From Alphaproteobacteria bacterium (GTDB taxonomy: Bacteria > Pseudomonadota > Alphaproteobacteria > UBA6615): a stretch of DNA of 32,884 bases. Below, in pieces: positions 25,198-32,884 of this stretch. Where the stretch lies: positions 1 through 32,884 of the forward strand of contig JABDJY010000506.1 of NCBI GenBank assembly GCA_013003285.1. The letters run 5' to 3'. The first letter of the stretch is position 1, and each line of letters starts with the position of its first letter. Both the position numbers and the translations under genes were made by a program. The notes beneath the pieces were generated by a model. It was not told the DNA's origin. It saw nothing but the letters and a program-made list of their open reading frames with translations, and did no database searches.

Positions 25198-26106
25198 TTG
25201 CCGACTGAACTTCAAGCGACCCTGGTCGGCTTGATGGCCATTCTCATCTGGTCGTCGCTGGCGCTATTGACCGTCCTCGCCGGCCCGCTGCCGCCCCTGC
25301 AACTGGTCGCCATGGCCTTCACAATCGTGTTCGCGCTGACCCTCATGCGATGGCTGAGCCGGGGCGAGAACCCAATCCGGCATATGCGCCTGCCGCTACC
25401 CGTCTGGGCGCTGGGGATCAGCGGGCTGTTCGGCTACCACTTCTTCTATTTCCTCGGGGTACAGAATGCGCCGCCCGCCGAGGCCAATCTTATCAATTAT
25501 CTATGGCCGATGCTGATCGTCTTGTTCGCCACCCTGCTGCCGGCCAATAGCGGCGTCGGCCGCATGCGCTGGTTTCATATCGCCGGCGCCGGGGCCGGCC
25601 TGCTCGGCACGGTCGTTCTCATCAGCGCGGGCGGAGTCGGCGGCGGTGCGGCCGGGCTGACCTTTCGGGTGGAATATGCCGGCGGTTATCTCGCCGCCCT
25701 GGCCGCCGCGTTCATCTGGGCGAGTTATTCGGTAACCTCGCGGCGCATCGCCCACATCTCCACCGATTCCATCGGCGCCTTCTGCGGCGGCACCGCAGCC
25801 TTGGCCTGGATCGCCCATGGGTTATTGGAAACCACGATCTGGCCCGGCGACCCGGTATCCTGGCTGGCGGTGCTCTTCCTCGGCCTGGGACCGGTCGGCA
25901 CGGCGTTCTTCGTGTGGGACTATGGCGTCAAACACGGCAATCTGCGGGTGCTCGGGGCCTCGGCCTATGCCGCGCCGCTGCTGTCCACGGTCTCGTTGGT
26001 GGTCGCCGAATACGCCTTGCCCAGCTGGCCGCTCGCCATCGCCTGCGCGCTGATCGTCGGTGGCGGCCTGCTGGCGGCGAAGGATATGTTCCGCCGTTCA
26101 AGCTAA
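25198..26106 (+). CDS. DMT-superfamily (EamA-like) transporter
   Basis: About 10 hydrophobic segments and two EamA-like halves. The start is uncertain (TTG 25198, or the in-frame ATG 12 codons downstream, about 25234, at ...MAILIWSS). Confidence 0.75.
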   Translation: MPTELQATLVGLMAILIWSSLALLTVLAGPLPPLQLVAMAFTIVFALTLMRWLSRGENPIRHMRLPLPVWALGISGLFGYHFFYFLGVQNAPPAEANLINYLWPMLIVLFATLLPANSGVGRMRWFHIAGAGAGLLGTVVLISAGGVGGGAAGLTFRVEYAGGYLAALAAAFIWASYSVTSRRIAHISTDSIGAFCGGTAALAWIAHGLLETTIWPGDPVSWLAVLFLGLGPVGTAFFVWDYGVKHGNLRVLGASAYAAPLLSTVSLVVAEYALPSWPLAIACALIVGGGLLAAKDMFRRSS

Positions 26107-26775
26107 CTGGGCGCGCCGAAAAGCCGCCATATGAAACGCCGCATTAGGCGGTTCATAGATAAAGTCCCGGCCAACCGGGCAGGCGCGCCGGGCGCGGCAA
26201 CCCAGATCCATGCAATCGGCGCCAGCCGGCGCGGCGATATGGCCGATACAGGCCGGCACATCGTAGCCGTCGGGCCCGAACGCGGCGACCGGACAGGCCG
26301 GCAGGCAGGGCCTATCGGCACAGCTATCGCAGGGTCGGGACCGGTCATCGCGCGGCGGCAATTCGAGGCGCTCGGCGAAGGCCAGCGCACCGCGATAGGC
26401 GTGCCACAGACCATAGTCGGGATGGATCAGCACTCCGAGCGGCGAGGCATAGACCGGTTCGGACCGCTGCGCCCAGCGCTGAAACGGCAGATGGGGCGGT
26501 CCACCGAAGGGAAATAGCGGCGTCGCGCCGGTATCTACAGCCGCCGCGCTCAAGACATCGCGCACCCAATCGTCGAGGGGGTTGGCGCGATCGGCAGTGC
26601 GCCCCGCCGCCCGCGCGGCCGTGAACGCCCGCCACATAGCCGGCCCGGCATTGCCGACCAACACCAGCGTTGCCGGACCGCCCGGCACACTATCTTCGCC
26701 GACAGGATAAAACCCGCCGCGGAGGATCAAACCGTGGGGTGCAATGAGTTCTACGACACTCTCAATATCGGCCAT
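26098..26775 (-). CDS. Putative Fe-S (ferredoxin-type Cys cluster) protein, QueG/reductive-dehalogenase-related C-terminal motif
   Basis: C-terminal CDSCADRPCLPACP and C..LGCRARRACP cysteine patterns. High GC3. Its 3' end overlaps the convergent DMT gene by 9 nt. Confidence 0.55.
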   Translation of the reverse strand: MADIESVVELIAPHGLILRGGFYPVGEDSVPGGPATLVLVGNAGPAMWRAFTAARAAGRTADRANPLDDWVRDVLSAAAVDTGATPLFPFGGPPHLPFQRWAQRSEPVYASPLGVLIHPDYGLWHAYRGALAFAERLELPPRDDRSRPCDSCADRPCLPACPVAAFGPDGYDVPACIGHIAAPAGADCMDLGCRARRACPVGRDFIYEPPNAAFHMAAFRRAQLA

Positions 26776-26784
26776 TTAACCATC

Positions 26785-26820
26785 ATGCCGCAAAGCCCCT
26801 CTCCTTTGGGGAGAGGGTTT
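26785..26820. repeat. Solo unit of the palindromic repeat family (hairpin cccctctcc-tttg-gggagaggg)
   Basis: The reverse complement aaaccctctccccaaaggagaggggctttgcggcat matches 9575-9610 (aacccctctccccaaaggagaggggctttgcggcat) at 34 of 35 positions by eye. It lies between the asd stop and the next gene's start. Confidence 0.85.
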
Positions 26821-26824
26821 AGCA

Positions 26825-27859
26825 TCACTCCGCCGCGATGAGCTTTTTCAGATATTGGCGGTCGAGCAGTTCGGCGATCTGGATCGTGTTGAGCGCCGCG
26901 CCCTTGCGCAGATTGTCCGACACCACCCACAGGTTCAGCCCGTTATCGACGGTCGGGTCCTCGCGCACGCGGCTGACAAAGACCAGATCCTCGCCGGCTG
27001 CCTCCACCGGGGTGACATAGCCTTCGTCGGCGCGGTGATCGATCAGGGACACGCCATCGGCATCCTTCAGAACAGCGCGGGCTTCCTTGGTCGACAGGGC
27101 GCGTTCGAATTCCAGATTGATCGCCTCGGCATGGCCGATGAATACCGGCACGCGCACGCAGGTTGCGGTCAGCTTGATCTTGGGGTCGAGGATCTTCTTG
27201 GTCTCGACCACCATCTTCCATTCTTCCTTGGTCGACCCGTCATCCATGAACACGTCGATATGAGGAATCACGTTGAAGGCGATCTGCTTGGTGAATTCCT
27301 TCTTCTCGATGGGGTCGTTCACATAGACCGAGCGGGTCTGGTTGAACAATTCGTCCATCGCGTCCTTCCCGGCGCCGGAGACCGACTGATAGGTGGACAC
27401 CACAACGCGCTTGATGGTGAAGGCATCGTGCAGCGGCTTCAGCGCCACCACCATCTGCATGGTCGAGCAGTTGGGGTTGGCGATGATGTTGCGCTTGGTA
27501 TAGCCGGCGATCGCGTCGGGATTCACTTCCGGCACGATCAGCGGCACGTCCGGATCGGTGCGGTACTGGGAGGTATTGTCGATAACGATACAGCCCGCCG
27601 CCGCGGCGCGCGGCGCATGTTCGGCCGAGACCTTGGCGCCCGGCGAAAACAGCGCAATATCGGTGCCGGTGAAGTCGTAATCTGCCAGGGACTGAATTTT
27701 AAGCGGTTCGCGCTCGCCGAACGAAACCTCGCGGCCGGCCGAGCGTTCGCTCGCCAGGGCCACCACTTCGCCGGCGGGAAAGTCCCGCTCGTAAAGGGTT
27801 TGCAGCATTTCACGGCCGACATTACCCGTCGCGCCAACCACGGCAACTTTGTAACTCAT
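26825..27859 (-). CDS. asd: Aspartate-semialdehyde dehydrogenase
   Basis: MSYKVAVVGATGNVGREML... and ...IANPNCSTMQMVVALKPL... (active-site Cys), with ...HIDVFMDDG.TKEEWK... Confidence 0.95.
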   Translation of the reverse strand: MSYKVAVVGATGNVGREMLQTLYERDFPAGEVVALASERSAGREVSFGEREPLKIQSLADYDFTGTDIALFSPGAKVSAEHAPRAAAAGCIVIDNTSQYRTDPDVPLIVPEVNPDAIAGYTKRNIIANPNCSTMQMVVALKPLHDAFTIKRVVVSTYQSVSGAGKDAMDELFNQTRSVYVNDPIEKKEFTKQIAFNVIPHIDVFMDDGSTKEEWKMVVETKKILDPKIKLTATCVRVPVFIGHAEAINLEFERALSTKEARAVLKDADGVSLIDHRADEGYVTPVEAAGEDLVFVSRVREDPTVDNGLNLWVVSDNLRKGAALNTIQIAELLDRQYLKKLIAAE

Positions 27860-28007
27860 ATCATCTATTCCGGTTCATCGGGCCGGCCCCCAATATGCCG
27901 GGCCGCCTGTTAGCGTTCAATTAAGCGCCAAAGACACGATTTGCAAGACTGTATTGGCCGCAAGCCATGCGCTTTAGCCATTCTCAAATCCATGGCAACA
28001 TGGCGCC

Positions 28008-28340
28008 ATGGCTGAGCGATTTGCCACATATGCCGCGTTCTGGCCGCATTATTTGCGCGAGCACAGCCGACGCGAAACGCGAGCGCTGCACTATTTCGGC
28101 ACCGGATTGGCCGTGGTGTGCGTGATCGCCGCTGTGGCGATCCCGTTCTGGTGGCTGCTCGCGGTTGCCTTTGTGGCGGGATACGGGCCGGCCTGGATCG
28201 CCCATGGCTTTATCGAGCACAACAAGCCAGCGACCTTCACCCACCCATTCTGGTCGCTGATCAGCGATTTCCGCATGCTGTATTACGGGCTCACCGGCCG
28301 TCTCGCCGCCGAACTGGAGAGCGCGGGTGTGGAACGGTAA
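28008..28340 (+). CDS. DUF962 (Mpo1-like) small membrane protein
   Basis: ...[25 protein letters not shown]... followed by hydrophobic segments and ...[16 protein letters not shown]... Confidence 0.75.
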   Translation: MAERFATYAAFWPHYLREHSRRETRALHYFGTGLAVVCVIAAVAIPFWWLLAVAFVAGYGPAWIAHGFIEHNKPATFTHPFWSLISDFRMLYYGLTGRLAAELESAGVER

Positions 28341-28367
28341 CCCATTTCTAAGCGAGCTTGGTAAAGC

Positions 28368-28490
28368 TCCCTCTCCCATAGAGAGAGGGCTGGGGTGAGG
28401 GGTTACAAACCTCACCGTGTTTCCTGGATATACCCTAACCCCTCACCCGCTCGCATTCGCTCGCCACCCTCTCCCTATGGGAGAGGGTTA
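28368..28490. repeat. REPIN-like composite palindromic element (three hairpins), between convergent gene ends
   Basis: ccctctccc-ata-gagagaggg (28369-28389); gtgaggggtta (28395-28405) pairing perfectly with taacccctcac (28436-28446); spacer cgctcgcattcgctcgcca; ccctctccc-tat-gggagaggg (28467-28487). The core gttacaaac..cgtgtttcctg.at is shared with the 9.5-kb copy. Confidence 0.9.
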
Positions 28491-28491
28491 C

Positions 28492-29298
28492 TTATTCGGG
28501 CTTACCGGAAATCAGGCTGTCGTATTTCATGCCGCCGAAATAGGTGCCGGCGGCGACGCGGCGCTCGATCTCGGCTTTCAGGGCCGCGGCCAGATCGGGG
28601 CCGATGCGGCCCTCTTTGACCAGACCGTCGGCGCCGCGGCGGAACCAGTTGGCGGTTGTCGCCGGATCTTCGGTTTCGATGAAATTAAAACTGCGCGCCT
28701 GACCGGGCACGAAACCGGCCGCGCGCACCATGCGCGGCAGCCGGCGCATCAGCCAGGCATCATTGACCTGATGCTCGACGAATGATTCGGCGCAGGCCTG
28801 CAACGGATCGCGATCACCGATGGCGGCCGACATGGTGGAGAAATCGCCGTCGCAGATGGCCAGCGTGCCGCCGGGCCGCAGCACCCGGAACAATTCCGCC
28901 AGCACCGCCTCGGGATCGGCCACATGGGTGAGCACCGTATGGGCGACGATGACATCGAACGACGCCGCGTCGAACGGCAGATCGTCACCGGGAGCTTCCA
29001 CGAATGTGAGCCCCTCCAAGCCGGCGGCGAGTTCGCGGGCATGTTCGATGAGGAATGTCGCCTGGTCGGCGCCGACCACTTCGGCCACGTCGGGCCGTTT
29101 GATCAAGGTGCGCGACTGGGCGCCGGTGCCGCAGCCCACATCGAGCACCCGGACATTCTCGGGAAAATCGATATCGCCCAAATAGGTTTCCAGAATGGCA
29201 ATCTGCTGGGGCAACGACGCGCGAAGTTCCAGCCCCTTGGCGATTTCCGCCAGCAGGGCCGGATCGGCTTCGTTGATGGTTAGATAAACGTCGGGCAT
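28492..29298 (-). CDS. Class I SAM-dependent methyltransferase
   Basis: Motif I VLDVGCGTGAQS, followed by ...FDVIVAHTVLTHV... and ...LRPGGTLAI... Confidence 0.85.
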   Translation of the reverse strand: MPDVYLTINEADPALLAEIAKGLELRASLPQQIAILETYLGDIDFPENVRVLDVGCGTGAQSRTLIKRPDVAEVVGADQATFLIEHARELAAGLEGLTFVEAPGDDLPFDAASFDVIVAHTVLTHVADPEAVLAELFRVLRPGGTLAICDGDFSTMSAAIGDRDPLQACAESFVEHQVNDAWLMRRLPRMVRAAGFVPGQARSFNFIETEDPATTANWFRRGADGLVKEGRIGPDLAAALKAEIERRVAAGTYFGGMKYDSLISGKPE

Positions 29299-29321
29299 GG
29301 CTTTATTCTCACAGGGGTCAG

Positions 29322-29358
29322 TCCCAAAAACAAACGGCGGCAGAGAACTGCCGCCGTT
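29322..29358 (-). terminator. Rho-independent terminator downstream of the 29378..29716 gene
   Basis: An 11-bp perfect stem, aacggcggcag (29333-29343)/ctgccgccgtt (29348-29358), with loop agaa. On the minus strand it is followed by TTTGTTTTTG. Confidence 0.8.
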
Positions 29359-29377
29359 CGGGGGTCGTCATCCGGCC

Positions 29378-29716
29378 TTAGCCGTGCGGCGCGCCCTTAC
29401 CAAGTATGACGGGCGACTTGCCCAGAATGACGGATGATCCGGTCGCTTTAGACGCCCGCGACGAGGCCAGCGCATTCTCGATGAGCAGGTCGATGCGAGA
29501 CTTGGTCTCGGTCATGGTCGCCTGCCTATTGCCTTCGATCGCCGCCAGCATGGCCTGGCTAATGGCGCACTGGCCACCATTTGCGCCGTGCTTGGCGGCA
29601 GCCTGATCATGGGCCTGCTGCGCCGAGGCCGGTGCCGAGAACGACATTGCCAGCGCCATGGTTGCGACGGCGGTAGCGGCAGTCGTCAGAATTGCTTTCA
29701 TCGCCTGTTTCCTCAT
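29378..29716 (-). CDS. Small secreted hypothetical protein
   Basis: Signal peptide ...MKAILTTAATAVATMALAMSFSAPASA/QQ. Codon usage looks coding. The C-terminal duplicated VILGK motif is followed by a terminator. The start is 29716 or 29701. Confidence 0.6.
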   Translation of the reverse strand: MRKQAMKAILTTAATAVATMALAMSFSAPASAQQAHDQAAAKHGANGGQCAISQAMLAAIEGNRQATMTETKSRIDLLIENALASSRASKATGSSVILGKSPVILGKGAPHG

Positions 29717-29759
29717 GCAGCGTTGAAGCCCAAAGCTTACGCCGGGCTTCGACTCCGGG

Positions 29760-30875
29760 TCAATCGGCGGTGCGGTCCAGCTCGGCGATCAGCTTGGTGC
29801 CCATCTCCTCGGTCGAGACCAGATGGCAGCCCTCCTGCATGATATCGCCGGTGCGGTAGCCCTCATTGAGCACGTTCTGCACCACGGTCTCGACCCGGTC
29901 CGCATCGTCGCCCAGATCGAACGAATAGCGCAGCATCATGGCGAAGCTGAGCATCATGGCCAGCGGATTGGCCTTGCCCTCGCCGGCGATGTCGGGCGCC
30001 GACCCGTGCACTGGCTCGTACATGGCATAACGCTTGCCGGTCACCGGATCGGGGTTGCCCAAGCTGGCCGACGGCAGCATGCCGAGCGAGCCGGTCATCA
30101 TCGCCGCTTCGTCGGACAGGATATCGCCGAACAGATTATCGGTGACGATAACGTCGAACTGATGGGGGTCGCGGATCAATTGCATGGCGCAATTGTCGGC
30201 CAGGATGTGGTGGAATTCCACATCGGGAAATTCTTCGCGCGCCACCCGGGCGGAAACCTGCCGCCAGAACACGCCGGTCTCCATGACGTTGGATTTCTCG
30301 GCGCAATGCACCTTGTTCTTTCGTTTGCGCGCCAACTCGAAGCCGACCCGCATAACCCGCACGATTTCCTCTTCGGTGTAGGCCTGGGTATCGACGACGC
30401 GAACGGTGCCGTCCTCCAGCGTCTGCTCCCCCTTGGGCTGACCGAAATAAACCCCCGATGTCAGCTCGCGCAGGATCATGATATCGAGGCCCCGGACCAC
30501 TTCGGCCTTCAGGGTAGAGGCATCGACCATGGCGTCGAGCACGATGGCCGGGCGCAGGTTGGCAAACAGATCGAGGTCCTTGCGCAGCCGCAGCAGGCCT
30601 GCCTCGGGCCGGTGTTCGCGCGGCACATCGTCCCATTTTGGCCCGCCGACGGCGCCGAACAGCACCGCGTCGGTGGACTTGGCGATTTCCATGGTCTCGT
30701 CGCGGATCGACACCCCATGGGCGTCGTAGCACGCGCCCCCGGCCAGATCCTCGGTGACGTCGAAGCGCACGCTGCCCTTCTCGTCGAACCAATTGATCAC
30801 CCGCTGGACCTGCGCCATCACCTCGGGGCCGATACCGTCGCCCGGCAGGACCAAAACACTTCTATTCGCCGCCAT
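29760..30875 (-). CDS. leuB: 3-isopropylmalate dehydrogenase
   Basis: ...[11 protein letters not shown]...[11 protein letters not shown]...[13 protein letters not shown]...[10 protein letters not shown]...[25 protein letters not shown]... Confidence 0.95.
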   Translation of the reverse strand: MAANRSVLVLPGDGIGPEVMAQVQRVINWFDEKGSVRFDVTEDLAGGACYDAHGVSIRDETMEIAKSTDAVLFGAVGGPKWDDVPREHRPEAGLLRLRKDLDLFANLRPAIVLDAMVDASTLKAEVVRGLDIMILRELTSGVYFGQPKGEQTLEDGTVRVVDTQAYTEEEIVRVMRVGFELARKRKNKVHCAEKSNVMETGVFWRQVSARVAREEFPDVEFHHILADNCAMQLIRDPHQFDVIVTDNLFGDILSDEAAMMTGSLGMLPSASLGNPDPVTGKRYAMYEPVHGSAPDIAGEGKANPLAMMLSFAMMLRYSFDLGDDADRVETVVQNVLNEGYRTGDIMQEGCHLVSTEEMGTKLIAELDRTAD

Positions 30876-30930
30876 ACTTCCCTCTTCCCTCAGACCGATT
30901 GTATTATTGGATTTTTATGCAGTGAGCCGC

Positions 30931-31551
30931 TTACGACGCCGCTTTGTGCAACCAGGGCTGCTGCAGGCGCTGTCCGCCTTCATACTCGGTGATCTTACCG
31001 TCTTTCTGCAGCGTCAAGCCGATATCGTCCAAACCCTCGAGCAGGCATTGCTTGAGGAACGGGTCGAGATCGAAATCATAGGTAACGCCGTTGGGGGCGT
31101 GGATTTTCTGATCTTCCAAATCGACCGTCAGCTCCGGGTTCTCCGCATCGTTGGCCACCGCCATCAACTCGTCGACCTGCTCGGGCGGCAGCTTGATCAG
31201 CAGCATGCCGTTCTTAAAGCTGTTGTTATAAAAAATGTCGGCATAGGAAGACCCGATCACCACCTGAATGCCGAAATCCTGCAGCGCCCACGGCGCGTGC
31301 TCGCGCGACGAGCCGCAGCCGAAATTCTCGCCGGCGATGATGATCTTGGCATTGGTATAAGGCTCGCGGTCGAGAACGAACTCGCCGGTTTTCTTGCCGT
31401 CGGCGTCGGTGCGCAGCTCGTGGAACAGCCCCTTGCCGAGGCCGGTGCGCTCGATGGTTTTCAAAAACTGTTTCGGGATGATCTTATCGGTATCGATATT
31501 GACCATCGGCAGCGGCGCCGCAACGCCGGTGACTTTCGAGAATTTTTCCAT
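30931..31551 (-). CDS. leuD: 3-isopropylmalate dehydratase small subunit
   Basis: [40 protein letters not shown]...[23 protein letters not shown]... ATG 31551 is preferred over the track start at 31584. Confidence 0.95.
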   Translation of the reverse strand: MEKFSKVTGVAAPLPMVNIDTDKIIPKQFLKTIERTGLGKGLFHELRTDADGKKTGEFVLDREPYTNAKIIIAGENFGCGSSREHAPWALQDFGIQVVIGSSYADIFYNNSFKNGMLLIKLPPEQVDELMAVANDAENPELTVDLEDQKIHAPNGVTYDFDLDPFLKQCLLEGLDDIGLTLQKDGKITEYEGGQRLQQPWLHKAAS

Positions 31552-31562
31552 GTTCGTTCGTC

Positions 31563-32009
31563 CTATCGCTTCAACACCAGGCAATTGGCCACCTTATCGT
31601 GCAACGCCTGTTTTTGCCGGGTAAATGCGGCTATCACAAAGCCGAGAAAGAAAATGACTATCGAAACGTATCTCATCCAGTAGCGGATACTCGCGCGGCT
31701 GAAGGCGACACGCTCGCCCTCGAGATCGGTCACGTAGAGGCCCATAATCATCTTGCCAATTGTCGCCTGGGTCACGGCGCTCTCCATCACCGCGTAATAG
31801 AGCCAAATGGTAAATAACGCGACGAGCTGAAACAGGCGAAAAACATAAAAATCAGCCCCCTCATGCACCGGCGTCGTTATATCGACATCGAAAATCAAAC
31901 CGAGAATCCACACCACGATCAACAGAATGCCACTGTCGATCGCCGCGGCGATCAATCGCAGCCAAAAGCCCGCATAGCGGAAACTGATCCCGGAGAAGCT
32001 ATCGGCCAT
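31563..32009 (-). CDS. RDD-family membrane protein
   Basis: ...[22 protein letters not shown]... and a later ...IRYWMRYVS...[11 protein letters not shown]... Three hydrophobic segments. It lies between leuC and leuD. Confidence 0.75.
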   Translation of the reverse strand: MADSFSGISFRYAGFWLRLIAAAIDSGILLIVVWILGLIFDVDITTPVHEGADFYVFRLFQLVALFTIWLYYAVMESAVTQATIGKMIMGLYVTDLEGERVAFSRASIRYWMRYVSIVIFFLGFVIAAFTRQKQALHDKVANCLVLKR

Positions 32010-32018
32010 ATCGCTGGC

Positions 32019-32884
32019 TTACACCTCGGAAAAATCACGAACGTCGGTGAGCCGGCCCGACACGGCCGCCGCCGCCGCCATCGCCGGGCTCACCAAATGG
32101 GTGCGGCCGCCGCGGCCTTGCCGTCCTTCGAAATTGCGGTTCGACGTGGAAGCGCAGCGCTCGCCCGGTTCCAGGCGGTCGGCGTTCATCGCCAGACACA
32201 TGGAACATCCCGGCTCGCGCCAATCGAAACCGGCCTCAACGAAGATCTTATCGAGACCTTCTTCCTCGGCCTGGATTTTGACCAGACCCGAACCCGGCAC
32301 GATCATGGCATAGACGCTGTCGGCGACCTTGCGGCCCTCGGCGATCTTCGCCGCCTCGCGCAGATCTTCGATGCGCCCATTGGTGCACGAGCCGATAAAC
32401 ACCTTGTCAATGGCGACATCCTGCATCGCGGTGCCGGGGGCCAGATCCATATATTCCAGCGACCGCTCCCAGGCTTGGCGTTGATTGTCGTCGCTGGTGT
32501 CATTTTCGGGGTCGGGGACCGCGCCGGTGATCGGCACGACATTTTCCGGGCTGGTACCCCAGGTGACCTGCGGCACAATATCGGCGGCCGCAAGGATGAC
32601 TTCCTTGTCATAGGCCGCGCCGTCATCGGTGGGCAGGGTTTTCCAATAGGCAACGGCCTGCTCCCAGGCGCCGGCCTTGGGCGCCATGGGCCGGCCTTCC
32701 AGATAGGCGTAGGTGACGTCGTCGGGCGCGATCAGGCCGGCGCGCGCGCCGCCCTCGATCGACATGTTGCACACGGTCATGCGCCCTTCCATCGACAGGT
32801 TACGTACCGCCTCGCCGGCATATTCGATGACATGGCCGGTGCCGCCGGCGGTGCCGATGGCGCCGATCATGGCCAGGATCATAT
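32019..32884 (-). CDS. leuC: 3-isopropylmalate dehydratase large subunit, C-terminal part (partial; the 5' end lies beyond the window)
   Basis: ...[29 protein letters not shown]...[17 protein letters not shown]...[46 protein letters not shown]... Confidence 0.95.
   Translation of the reverse strand, partial: MILAMIGAIGTAGGTGHVIEYAGEAVRNLSMEGRMTVCNMSIEGGARAGLIAPDDVTYAYLEGRPMAPKAGAWEQAVAYWKTLPTDDGAAYDKEVILAAADIVPQVTWGTSPENVVPITGAVPDPENDTSDDNQRQAWERSLEYMDLAPGTAMQDVAIDKVFIGSCTNGRIEDLREAAKIAEGRKVADSVYAMIVPGSGLVKIQAEEEGLDKIFVEAGFDWREPGCSMCLAMNADRLEPGERCASTSNRNFEGRQGRGGRTHLVSPAMAAAAAVSGRLTDVRDFSEV

Noticed and set aside
4511-28490. Repeated about 35-130 bp elements considered as a possible CRISPR array or MITE with terminal inverted repeats and a target-site duplication
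   Set aside because: The copies are kilobases apart, not regularly spaced with unique spacers, and no cas genes are present. I saw no flanking direct duplications or transposase, so REP/REPIN-like is the safer description.

Overview
High-GC (over 60% outside a few AT-rich gaps), densely coding chromosomal segment of alphaproteobacterial character, probably Rhodospirillales-like; the taxon is an inference from gene content and codon style only. Most of it is core metabolism. In order: the 5' two-thirds of a large acidic cadherin-like/RTX surface protein gene (minus strand, runs off the left edge); a FlK-type hotdog thioesterase and a small secreted protein; a family III CoA-transferase and a crotonase; a tightly packed amidase-glpK-serine hydrolase run; nadQ-nadA-nadB-nadC; an AAE3/Pcs60-like acyl-CoA ligase with a PanE-family reductase; an orphan ORF; a PAS-GGDEF(degenerate)-EAL gene; a PHA cluster (phaR, divergent small Lys-tailed protein, short phaC-like synthase, phaA, phaB); terC-family, Nudix, DMT and Fe-S protein genes; asd; DUF962; a SAM methyltransferase; a small secreted protein; and leuB, leuD, an RDD-family gene and leuC (partial, runs off the right edge). 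I found no rRNA, tRNA, CRISPR array, transposase, integrase or recognisable defence or toxin module. Structure not explained by genes: (1) four copies of a modular G/C-rich palindromic intergenic repeat (REP/REPIN-like) at about 4.5, 9.5, 26.8 and 28.4 kb; (2) two roughly 20-24% GC islands upstream of the adhesin gene and the c-di-GMP gene; (3) two ATRCTC-N5-GAGCAT palindromes between nadQ and nadA; (4) a 12-bp periodic GTGAAACC array upstream of phaA. The two most unusual coding observations are a 266-nt out-of-frame overlap between a PhaM/PhaF-like Lys-tailed ORF and the phaC-like gene, which has a perfect internal AGGAGG-N8-ATG, and a reading-frame break between the cadherin-like domains and the RTX block of the adhesin gene. 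All calls rest on hand translation and recalled family motifs. No searches were run.
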